NCBI GenBank assembly: GCA_020891255.1
Contig: BQFW01000008.1
Location: 1,302,001 to 1,366,000, forward strand
Source of the DNA: Entomortierella parvispora E1425
Taxonomy: Eukaryota > Fungi > Mortierellomycota
DNA length: 64,000 nt
Direction of reading: 5' to 3'
Below the pieces are notes generated by a model. The model did not search any database, was not told the DNA's origin, and saw only the letters and a list, made by a program, of their open reading frames with translations. Shown here piece after piece: positions 12,315 through 23,851 of the stretch (the stretch's first letter is position 1; the number at the start of each line of letters is the position of its first letter). The translations under genes and the position numbers were made by a program.

Positions 12315-14613
12315 CTACTCCATGTCCATGTCCATGTTGTTGGAGGTGCTGCTAGTGCCCGGTCCGGCCATCCTGTAAGTGTAACGGCCCTTGATCGTCG
12401 GTTCTGGCACTGCCTGGACCTCGGATGGATCTCCATTAGCCCCATTCTTTTTCTCGCTGAAATCCCTCATCAACTTGAAGCTCTGCTCAAAAAACTGGTT
12501 GGGATGTTCAATGAGCTCCTGACTGGCGACTTCACTGCCGCCGTTGCTGCTCAGTCCACCTCCCTTCAGTGTCTCGGTTCCGATTCCAAGCATTCTAGCG
12601 CGTGTCACCTCATAGTATCGTGTGCATGCAACCTGGTAGTGACGACCCTTGACCATTCGCATGATATCCTCGGTATCAAACTCATCCACCATATGACTTG
12701 TCAATTGAGCACGCAAATTCGTCTCATTGAAATGGCGGAATGGACAACCGTGATGGTCCTGTGGTCCAGGAGTGTTACCCATAATGATCGACTTGCAACT
12801 GGAAAAAAAAAAAAAAAAAGTAAATGTAAAAAAAGGTTGGAATTGTTAGTTAAATGTCGTAAAGGCCAGACCACCCATACATGACGTTGAGAAGATATCC
12901 AGGTCGAGGTTCCACAATTTGCAATTTACCTGTAAGGAGTGTAATCCGTGCGTTTACCCTCCATACCGTACAAATGACGAACATTGTAGGCGTACTCCTT
13001 GTTGAACTGATCCGGCGTCAACTTCCCAAACGCTGTCTGCCAAAAGATCAAAGCCTGCTCCAAGGAAAGTCCCATACCCTTGAGGAAGAGACCATACTGC
13101 ATACGACCACCATGACGGGTGTGCTTATCCTGTCTCAATTCATTGTGCAGATTCTCCATGCAAAGAGGCATATGGACCTTGAGCTATATGATAGCATTCG
13201 ATTTTGTTTGGAGAGAAAGAAATAACGTGTCAGCCATCGGATACCGCGAGTCAAAGTCAGGCTGGTAAATAGTAACAATAAAAAACATACGCCATCGACA
13301 TCCTGAGCTTGAATTTCTCCAGCAATCGCAGAGCTCGTAAACTCGCGACCCAAATATTGCTTATCCAGGTGGTTCAGAATTGGCATCAAGCGCTTGTCCT
13401 CCTCCATCCTCGGCAAAGCCCGGCCCATTGCCTTATGAATATAAATAAAGAAATAATTTGTTAATACGAGTAGTTTTTTTTTCTTCGTTCCAACCGGTCC
13501 CGTCTTCCTTGTGGGGAAAGGAAAACAAATCAAATTTTACCTCAAGATCGCGAGAAAGACGCTCCTTGAACTCATCCAGAACCAAAGAGACCTGATGCGC
13601 CAGGGGCACATACGCCTTTCCACCCTGGACATAGACCTGACGTCTACCCACCAAAAGGGGGACTTTTTCAAAATCCACCTCAAAGTATGTCTCGTCTTCA
13701 GCATTCCCACTCTTGAAGCTGGACAACGCCGTACTCCTCAGATTTTCCCTGAGAATCCGCTTGTCATCATCGCTGACCTTCTTCCAGCTCAGGTGCTGCG
13801 TCTCCAAAAATTCCAATTGTTCCTTCTGTGACAATCTCTCGAAACGATATCTGTATACATAGGATAGTGAGGTTTAGGAAAAGAGATTGAAAAAAAAAAC
13901 ACGTTTTCCAATACAATGGCTGAGTATGCCATCCACCCGAAGAAGCATCTTACTTGAAGAGAGCACATTCAGCGCGCAGGAACCAGTTGCGAAGCTCCTC
14001 ACTAGTAAGCATCATTGTAGAGAACAAAACGATCGATCGCTGTTAATAAGCTGTTGATAGAACAAAGGCCTCTCTGAGAAAGACCTTCCTGCACCTTTCA
14101 AAAAAAAAAAAAAAATCCAATTAACCACGCTCTGTTTTTACCTCCGGCAATATGCCAGCCGAACAATAAAATGACTGATATAATCCTTTTGTCTCTCCAG
14201 CACCTGCTCGCGTGTGACTCCATGACCACTGCTGCTGTTGCCAGACATGGGCATATGCTTGCTGATCGCCTCATTCATGCTCGCCTCCAACTTTGCCGGG
14301 GGCAGGTTTCTCAGTTGACCGTTCATCAATTTCGTCAGGACTAGGACCACATAAAAAAATAATAAAGCGAGGGACGTTAGAGAGAGAGAAACGAGAGACG
14401 GGACTCGAGATGCAGTAAAAACAAACCAGCGAGAGAGAAACACATACTTTGCATGCGGTCAAGAGCAAACTGCTCGAATTCAACAATGGTAATGTTCAAT
14501 GTAGGGGGGACCTTGTAAAAGTTGAGGGTAGTGGTGTAGGGATTCTTTTCGTCGTATCCGATGTGGCCGGATGCCAGCATCTGACGGGTCTTTCTGTTTT
14601 CCTGCCTGAACAT
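12315..14613 (-). CDS. PRI2: DNA primase large subunit
   Basis: [27 protein letters not shown]...[33 protein letters not shown] (Fe-S domain). ATG at 14613; multi-exon. Confidence 0.93.
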
Positions 14614-14850
14614 GCTGCAGTGGCGCGGATGGGCGGGGAACAAGGAGGGGAGGGGAATGAACAGGCAATGGCGCCGAGAACGAGAAAGTGATGAAAGAGA
14701 TGCGAAAACAGGGACGCGATCAGCAATGTTTTGTTTTCATGCGCCCTCGCGCGCGTCCGAAAAAAGACAAATGAAAAAAGTGACTGGGGAATTTTGTATG
14801 TGTTGAAATTTGTATTTCGTGGATGTCTTCTTGGTCCACTACTACTACTA

Positions 14851-16529
14851 CTATGTGTACTCCCACAACTCACAGTCAACGCAGTCAGGCTCGGGCTTGC
14901 ACGCGGGGACATCCTTGACCTTGATAACACCCTCGATGGTGTCAAACAGTCGGTGCGTGCGAATGTCTACCTTCCAGTTATCTTCCGTAACTGGATCGTA
15001 CACACATGTCCGACCCGTGTGGCATTTGCTGAGATCGAAGAAATTCATAGGCAAAAAATAAGTAAAAGAATCACCAACAACCTTACAGAACGGCAGACTC
15101 TGGCCTATCAATATGTACCTCTCCATGGCAAACCCAGAGTAGTAGCAGGCACTCTTGGGACCGTTGCAAACTCCTTGAAAGATTGGATCGGCTGTATGGC
15201 CTATATGAAACAACGGAAAGTCGTCCCAACTGACTGCAGGCGGCATTGGAAGGTGAAGTCTTTGAGCTGCCAAGCGGTCACCGGGCATCTCGAATGTCAC
15301 AGTCGGCACTCCAAATGTCAAGCCGAGAAGGGAGCTCAGTCCACCACCAAGACTATGACCTGTCAGCCAAACTTTTGCTCCGGGGTACATGTCCTGAACT
15401 GTCCACAGGATGAGCTACATGGTAAATAGTTTCATTCATTATTAACACTTTCTCTTTCCTCTGGAAATAAAAGTTCGGCCAGATTGATAGTTACCATTGC
15501 GTTGTTGTAATAAATATCATCGCTATTCACACTGTCCTCGATACACCTCAAGTCGCATTGGTATCCGCTCGTATTACATTGACACACACCTCTCCAGGTC
15601 CTATCCACCTTTGCGCAGCAACATGAGAACAAGAGGTTGTCCTAGTAACGCAAAAGTTCTCGACATGTTAATAAAATTCTCACTATCAGATCTGTGAAAA
15701 GGCAGCACCGGTAATTTGCTTTACGTTAATCTTGTCACGCGCGGATGTCCCTCCGCCTCCTCCGAGGATGGCTGCATTGGTGCCCTTAATGGCGATGACA
15801 AGGGTCGAGTTGTCTTTGGAGCTGAACACATGGCCTCTGACACCATCTTCTTCCCAGCCAAATGTCGAGTTCTATCATGCAAATGAATCCCCAAATGTCA
15901 ACAGCTAGGCTCACTTTTCACTCTTTTTTCGTCACTGTCAGCTTTTGAGCACGGAGACTTTTGCTTACCACTCCCCAATTGCCCTCCAAGTCGTACCAGC
16001 CTGGACTGGCAACTTCTGTGTAGGAATTGTAGTTCATTTTCGACAGTTGGACAATAGTCTCCTTGTCGGTAACGTCCGGCCCTGGAATATAAGTGCGGGT
16101 CCACGACTCTGGTCCAATAGAGGTGTCTTTGGATCTAAAGCCTTGACTCCGGTAGGTTTGATCACGAGGCAGCAGTGTGCTGACCTCCTTGACCTTGAGA
16201 CGATGAGTCAGGGACTGTCCTGTCAACATTTCCGACAATGCAACATCGAAAGGACTGAGATCCATTCTTCTAAAGAGGCCCGGGTACCGGGCACCCCCGT
16301 GATGGAGCATGTGCCTCAGAGTCAAGGTTTCATAGTCGCCACCAGGCGGACTGTGTTTGGTACCGGTAGATACTTTCCTCGGGCGGTCCAAGACGAACTG
16401 TGAAGGATCTTGTTGTTGGAGTGGATGGGCTTGTGCAAGAAAGGATGGTGCCGTCGGACCAAGGTAAGATAGCACCAGGATCCAGACAGTGAGCAACGGC
16501 AGGTACGCCAAGGAACTTTGCTTGTGCAT
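14851..16529 (-). CDS. ATG15: Atg15-like vacuolar lipase
   Basis: N-terminal hydrophobic anchor, [15 protein letters not shown], lipase motif [18 protein letters not shown] and Cys-rich C-terminus; multi-exon. Confidence 0.9.
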
Positions 16530-16883
16530 CTGAACGGTTGGGGTTTGAAATGGGAGGTAGGAATGCGGAATGAATTGGACGCAAGGGTATATGCAGGGTA
16601 TAAATGTGTCAGAGATAGCACCAAAGGGATTGCGTAGAGACAGCGACTAGTCGCCCAAAAGTAGATTGAAGGAAGCAAAGAGCATGGAGACGCATGCATG
16701 CGCGTCTTTTTGAAGATAGTCGACAGTTTACTTTGTAGAGGTCCAGCCTGGCTGCACGTGATGCTTCCATTTCTTGACCTTTCAAAAGTCAAATGACATT
16801 CTTCACCTCGACATGTTGTTCCCTTTTTTGCTCAACAAGCATGCGCCTCAATCGACTCGCGACTCTCTCATAACTTTGTCTTC

Positions 16884-18783
16884 ATGGAACCGGATCGGCA
16901 TGCTACCTCGCACTCTGAAGCGATGAGCGCGGACCAATTAGCTCAGGCATTACTCATGTCTCTCTCGTCCGACCAATCGTTGTCAATGGAAAGCGGGAAC
17001 AACTCCAGGGTCGCCACGCCAAGTTCAAACACAACCACCTCTAGCATGACCAGCATGTCCATAGCTGTCCCCTTTAGCAGCCACGATTCTAGCCTGGATA
17101 TTCTCCGGGATCACACACAGCCTGCAGGCCATCCCCCACAGACCACGTTTGTCCAGGAAGAAGTACCTGGTTTACCTTCAGCCAAGCCTCTGGCTGTCAA
17201 ACCCGTGTACAGAAAACGACCAATACCCATCCCAGCCAAATCAGACGGCCTCATTCGACGACCAGGAACTGTTGCTGCTATAGAAAAGGACTTTTCAGTC
17301 GGCGGCGCAAGGGTGGCGCGTGCAAAGAAAGGAAAGAACATTTACGACGAATCAGAGATCAATAATACCCAGACCCAGACGCCAGAGCCACCAGTTCAGA
17401 ATGCAGTCATGGCCCCACCACCAACCGTACCCGAAAAACCAAAGAAAACACCTAGACCTAGGTCGAAACGGAAACGTGCACCTGCTCCACCTCTTCCAGA
17501 GCAATATGACGAACCAGATTCAAATCGGAAACGGAAACGAATACGGTACAAGAAGCAAATCGTTTGGAGACCAAAGACGCCATTGACACCAGGAATGATG
17601 AATGAAGGAATCAATCGCCCCAGTGGACTCAAGAGACCGACTAGGAGGGACCACGCCATAGAATTGCTTATTTCAAAACAAGAGCAGAACCGGGAAAAGA
17701 TGATCAGCATGACCCAAAAACCGCTAATATTGCAGGAGCTCCAGGCACTGATGGATGCGCGGGTTGCAGCAGAGGACAAGGCGCTCTTGGAACTCGGCAT
17801 GATGTTACACAAGGAGCTTCTAAAGCTCCAACTTGAGGAAGGCGCTTTACTGCAAATGATGGCAGCCGTTCAGGAAGGTCGACTGGACCCATCGGATTTG
17901 AAGAGAGTTGGGCCAGGCAAGGAGCGTTATGGACTGACAGCCGTGATGAGGAAGCCAAAACGTTTGATCAAATCCGCACTAAATGCGCACGGTGACTCTG
18001 CCGATAGAGGCGCAACGAGCATGGATGTCGACGACGAGTCTACAAGAGCACAGTCCACAGAGCTAGGAATGTCGGATGCAGACGGCGATGAGAACGATAG
18101 GGAGGATAATGAGGACGAAGGAGAAGTAGAAGATGATGAGCAAGAGGAACAGGGGGATGAAGGCGATGACATGGATGAGGACGATGACAGCGACGAGGAT
18201 GACGAAGAAGACGAGGATGATGATGACGACGACATGGATCAAGAGGATACAGATCGAACTGCAAAGATGCTTCGTACTGCGCCTGATACCTTTTATCCAC
18301 GTCTGGGCGAGTCATACGCTTCCAGACCTATCATTTCGGATACCATTGCGAAGGAGACATCAAAGGGTCGACCAGCCAATACGAGCAGCAAAGGTAATGA
18401 ATATATGAAATGGCTTGTGCGATTGTGGTACTTGTTCTGATAATATGACTTTATTGAACAATCAATTGCCTGTCTATATAGATGATATCAAACTTGTTAT
18501 TGATCGTGCAAGGAAACGAATCCAGGTCGAAGACCCGAAGGATTGGGAGAACCAAGATAGTGATAATGAGGACGAGAATGAAGAGGCTGCGGAGGTAGAG
18601 GAAGGAGAAGAGGCTCAGAACGAGAATTTCGACGAGCCTGCTTCAGATGAAGACGAAGAAGATGACTTCAGTGAAGAGGAAGAGGAGGAAGAGGACGACA
18701 ATGATGGCGGGGACTATGACGACGACGACGAGGCTCGCGACGCACTCCAACGCATGCTCAAGGAGTATGGTGCACCGCTGTGA
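16884..18783 (+). CDS. Hypothetical, probably nuclear protein with basic patches, a coiled coil and long acidic tracts
   Basis: A 518-codon ORF joined in frame to the 18415..18783 ORF through a GT-AG intron at 18394-18481. No family recognised. Confidence 0.75.
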
Positions 18784-18816
18784 GGGAACACAAATCGTGA
18801 CTGCTAAACAGCATCC

Positions 18817-18823
18817 TATAAAA
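18817..18823 (+). promoter_or_regulatory. Candidate TATA box of RPL9
   Basis: TATAAAA followed by a pyrimidine-rich stretch and a candidate donor GTAATT at 18869. The matching acceptor is TTTCAG ending at 19299. Confidence 0.4.
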
Positions 18824-19305
18824 ATCGTCTGGATTTGACTTTTGCTCTGTCTCTACATTTTCAAACTTGTAATTGCCGTGCCTTGTTTCTGAGGGATTGA
18901 TGGATTGCTCAATGGATACACGCTGTGGATGGATCGCATCCATCGATCCCATGGACACTCTCTCGCCACCCTGTTCACCAGGATCCAACACCGAGACATG
19001 CATGCCATGACGGTCTCATCAACTGCTCTCGGCTGTCATTCTCATTCTCTTTCAATCTCGACCCATCTCGGATGGATCAGTGCGATCTTGGAATCTTGGA
19101 TCTTGGGATGAAGACCGATCATGGATCCATTACTGTGCTTGAATCAGTTGGGACCAACAAGATGATTTCTTTTTGTTGGATTCATCTCATTCGACTGTTA
19201 TGGATACCAGATCTCGTGAACAGCATGGCGATCCAAATCTATTGTATGAATACTCTGATCCTGACATCCCTGCTCTTTTTTATATTCCTTCTCTTTCAGG
19301 ACACA

Positions 19306-19881
19306 ATGAAGGATATCTACAAGGAAGAGATTCTCGCCATCCCCGAGGGTGTTGAAGTCGAGGTTAAGGCCCGCAACGTCACCATCAAGGGTCCCCGCGG
19401 CACCCTTACCAAGAACTTCCGTCACGTCGAGATGGATATCGTCAAGTTGGATACCGCTCGCCTCCGCCTCGTTGTCTGGCACGGTAAGCGCAAGCACGTT
19501 GCTTGCCTCCGCACCATCCGCTCCTTGATCAACAACATGATCATTGGTGTCACCAAGGGTTACGAGTACAAGATGCGCTTCGTCTATGCCCATTTCCCCA
19601 TCAACGTCATTATTGCCGATGATGAGAAGTCGGTCGAGATCCGCAACTTCTTGGGTGAGAAGCTCGTCCGTCACGTTCCCATGCTGGACGGTGTCACCAT
19701 CTTCCACTCCAAGGACCAGAAGGATGAGATCACCTTGATCGGTAACGATCTCGGAAACGTCTCCCAGTCCGCTGCCAACATCCAGCAGGCTACCACCGTC
19801 AAGAACAAGGATATCCGTAAGTTCTTGGATGGTATCTACGTCTCCCAGAAGGGTCAGCTCAAGGGTGCTGATGACGAGTAA
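19306..19881 (+). CDS. RPL9: 60S ribosomal protein L9 (uL6)
   Basis: MKDIYKEEILAIPEGVEV...GYEYKMRFVYAHFPINV...KNKDIRKFLDGIYVS. Strong codon bias; intronless CDS preceded by a probable 5'UTR intron. Confidence 0.97.
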   Translation: MKDIYKEEILAIPEGVEVEVKARNVTIKGPRGTLTKNFRHVEMDIVKLDTARLRLVVWHGKRKHVACLRTIRSLINNMIIGVTKGYEYKMRFVYAHFPINVIIADDEKSVEIRNFLGEKLVRHVPMLDGVTIFHSKDQKDEITLIGNDLGNVSQSAANIQQATTVKNKDIRKFLDGIYVSQKGQLKGADDE

Positions 19882-21349
19882 ATATACTCTGTCGTCCCTC
19901 GCTTCGAACCGTCAAGAAAATCTTCCCCCAACCCTCTTATTGTCATCAATGGGCCTTTTTAATAAATCGCACAGCCTAGCGGTCTCTTCGCTAGGCAATT
20001 GCGACAATTGAGATGAATTTAAAAAGAAGATCCGTCAACCCAAAAGGGGGATTCCAAATCCTCTTTGCGGTCCTTGACGCGAATCCTTCACCACCCCCTC
20101 CTCCTCCCCATCCCTCCGCAGCTTTCTTCGCACTCTTTTGCGCAATGAAAAGAGAGCGAATGAAGATATCAGGAGGGATCGAGAAAGAGTGAGAGGTGAG
20201 GTGCTGTTGGATGAGCGTTGTGGTCGTAGAGATTTGGAACCTCTTTTTGACGGCGACTTTTTTTCCTTTTGGCATGCTATCATGCAGGAAAGAAAGTCGC
20301 TGTTATGGTCATGTTTGTTCAATTGAAATTGATGTTTGAAAGTATCTGTACATTGATCAAGGTAAACCTATGCTCTATAGAAAACTGAATGAATAAATCA
20401 AAAAAAGTCCATGCGACACTGTAAAATGAAATTCTCGAAACTGAATCTGCAGGAAAGAAGATCGATGAAAGCCGACTGGTTGGATCCTTTTTCTTTTTTT
20501 TTTATCCTTTTCTTTTTTTCTTTTTTTGACGTTTGACGCAGAGTGGACGCGACGCCGATTTACCCATGGCCAAGCGCGAGAGCAACTCTGCTGGATCTGA
20601 GAGCCGGCGAATTTGATCATGTATGTACCTCCTTCCCCTTCACCCCCTGGTCACCGAAGGTTTGAAAGGCACAACATCTGCGGCGTTTCCAGTTAGCAAC
20701 CACAAGAGGAGAGAGAACAGGGAACAAAACAAAGCTCTGCCGGGCAAAAGGCAAAGCTCTCAACTAGTGCCACAACAGAACAGAGTGGTGAAGGGAGAGA
20801 GAAGAGAAGAGAGTCAGAGTGAATGAATGAAGAAAGAAAAAAGGTTGGATGGATTGGGCTGTGCAAGGTCAAAGTGGTCAAACCCTTTGTCGGTGTGTTG
20901 CCTCTCCGTTGGGCGCACGGCGCTTTCTCTTTTTTCGCGCTAGCCTTGTAAACATCAGCTCAGCTCAGCTTCCAACCTCTGGGTATTTACACCATGACCA
21001 TGGCCCTCTTTTCTTTTCTTTCTTCTTCTCTCTGTTCTCCCTCTCCCTCCCCCACCCCGTTTCTCCAAGCCAAGTCGTCAGTCAATGCCAGCATCTGTAT
21101 TTTTATCATCCTTGTTCTAATTCTCGTTCCTGTTCCTGTTCAGGGCCCCTCTGTCTCCTTGGCGCGCTTTTATTTCTTTTTTTATTCCTTCTCATTTTCA
21201 TATCTTTTTTTTTTTTTTTTTTTTTTTTGTTGCATGGTTATGACCACCTTTCTTTCTCTTTCCTCCTTCCCCTTGTCCTTCCTCGTGCCTGTGCCCCCCT
21301 TCTTCGTTTCACTCATTCATCCCTCCCCATCACCCCACTGCAAAAGAGA

Positions 21350-23661
21350 ATGAATCCCGTCGAGGTCGCCCTTGCATCTCAAGACATCCTCCACAACATC
21401 TTCTCGCTCCGCCTGCTCTCCCAGGCGGACTTGCGCACCTGCTGTCTCGTCAACTCGGACTGGGCTGCTGCTGGATTGATCCTCCTCTGGCGCTATCCGC
21501 GTTGCCATACCTTCCTCAGCTTCCGTCTCTTGCTCGACACCCTTCGCCACGAGATCGACTATGACCAACCCATCGCCTCCACGCCCTTCCTCGACCTGGA
21601 CCTGGCAGGCCTCAGGAACAACACCCACCCCAACGCCACTATGAATAACCATGGCTCCAACTCGGGCGAACCCCCCATGTCTGTCGAACTTCGACGGGCT
21701 GTGACCATGCGTGAACGGAACGGCCACCACTCTGCGCCAGAAAAGAAGGAGCGACGGTTCCTGGCTGCCCAACCTTCCCTGTCGTTCCTCCCCATGCCCC
21801 TCCGACCCTCGCGTCAGAGGACCAAGGAGTACGGGATCCCATTCCACTCTGAACGGGTCTATCATCGAGGCAGGTTCATTCGTCAGCTCGACTTTGCGTC
21901 CTTGGGCAGCGCCTTGTCCATGCATCACCTAGAAGTCCTGGCCCGGTCTGCCGAGCTCGGCTTCCGGTCCTTGGACCTCCAGACCGTCCGTCTGCCGTTT
22001 TCGGAACATTTGCTGGCGATCCTTTGCAACTCCAAAGCCCTGAAACAATTATTCCTCGGACACATGTCCATCCCGATCGAGGCCCTCGGGTGTCTGGCCT
22101 CTTGTTTTGCAGGGCTGAGGGAACTGAGATGGATGAACTGTCCAGACTCGATGGGCGACGCGGCTCTGATCCAAGTCTTGAAGAACTGCTCACAATTACG
22201 GATACTGGAGATCCATGGCGAGTCCTTTACAGATCACTCCCTCAGTTGGGTGGCAAAATCATGTCGGGAACTGGAAACTTTGGTGATTGAAGCTCCCAAG
22301 ATGACGGACGTGGTCGTGGAGCAGATCGTGGCAGCGTGCCCCAACCTGGATTCCTGGACCCTGATTGATTGCATGGCCTTGGGCGCTGGAACCATGGAGG
22401 CACTGGAACAAAGGTACTCTCCGGACAAAGCAAGACAACAACACCATCACCACTCACTGGCACCACCCAGGGCTCGATCACATCAGCCCATGGATGGACT
22501 GGGTCAACATGCCAGCACCTCTGCTTCGTCTTCGACCGTGTCTTCACCTTCTACCGCGTCCATTTCTAGTCATTCGGATTCGGAGGGGCTCTTTGGAGGC
22601 AGCAACATGCATGGCACGGCGATTTATGAGACGCAGTTGAAACTGGATCGGTTCACTCTCTATTATCCATCGACCCCACTTTCGTCCGTGGACCTTCGGA
22701 ACTGCACTGGGATCCGTTCCCAACTAATCAATCAGTTTTTAAAGTCCCAAACGCGTCTGGTTCATCTGACACTGGGAGGTATCTCGATCACGGACGAGGC
22801 CTTGGAGAGCCTTTCCGAGATCTCGTTCCCGGAACTCCGGAGTCTGGGCTTGATCGACTGTGGCGAGATCTCGGACGAGACCATGGTGGCTGTGATGTTC
22901 AACTGTGATGAACTCACAAAGCTGACCATCTTTGGAGGGACCAACTTTACACTCAAGACCTTTACCTCGATTTCATTGCATCTGACGCATCTGGAAGAGC
23001 TGCATATGGAGCATGTGCCGCTGATCATGAACGAATCCATCCAGGATATCTTGTTGAAGTGTTTGAACCTCCGGATATTGAGATTGTGGCATTGCCGGAA
23101 CTTGACGCTGGATCTGTTTATGGAAGAACTCACTCCTTGTCAGAGTCTGGAGGTCCTCGAGTTCATGGACAAGTTCCCGAGACCGTTTGTGGAGGATGGC
23201 TGGGACGCTCAGGTCCGCTTCCTGAGAAGTTTGGTCATTCGTTTTGAACATTTGCGGATTCTGAGTTTGGCCAAACTGGCCGATATAGCTGTTGTCCCAG
23301 TGGTAAGTTCAAAGATGCTTTAAAAGGAGGAAGCGAGGAGGATTGCAAAGCTAGGTCTTGTTATTCACATGATATCCTGCATGTTTCTTTTTTTGGCACA
23401 TCCTAGAACTTGGTGTCTTATCTCTGTCAACTGGATCAACTGGAAAAGTTTTCAATCATTCAAAGTCCTGGCATGGATCTCACGGATCTCGATGAACTGA
23501 CGGCACGATTACCGACCTTGACAGATCTATCTCTTGGGGAGTCAGATGTGTTGCTGCCGAGCCAAATTCTCACCTTCAATCAGACCAAATTCCGCCCTTG
23601 TGTCCGACTTTTTACGGGCATGCTAGAGTCCAGTGATGAGCTGAGACTCTTTGTAGGATAA
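21350..23661 (+). CDS. F-box / RNI-like leucine-rich repeat protein
   Basis: F-box-like N-terminus (DILHNIFS...LRTCCLVNSDW) and many LxxLxL..C repeats. One intron at about 23303-23407; stop at 23661. The upstream part of the 20849 ORF is low-complexity UTR. Confidence 0.85.
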
Positions 23662-23851
23662 GACGGCATGGATATTTGAAGATAAATAACAACAATAACA
23701 ACAAAAAACCCACATCCTCACCTTTCTGTTCTTTTTTTATATATACCATTGCAATAAAAACAGCCGGCAGGATATAATATCGATTCAAATCCAAAAAAAA
23801 GTTATCAACAATAGAAACACTCAAGTGTCCACTTTTTCTCTCATTTTTTTA

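Noticed and set aside
19991-20275. Minus-strand ORF starting MPKGKKVAVKK, reminiscent of ribosomal protein L7a/L8
   Set aside because: The similarity ends after about 10 residues and the rest is low-complexity. Nearby splice signals fit a plus-strand F-box 5'UTR better.
20849-21349. Long N-terminal extensions in the ORF track (F-box; likewise RPL9 18925, flippase 44786, PUT1 49332)
   Set aside because: They start at non-ATG codons or run through F/S/L-rich pyrimidine leaders. Downstream ATGs coincide with the start of recognisable protein.
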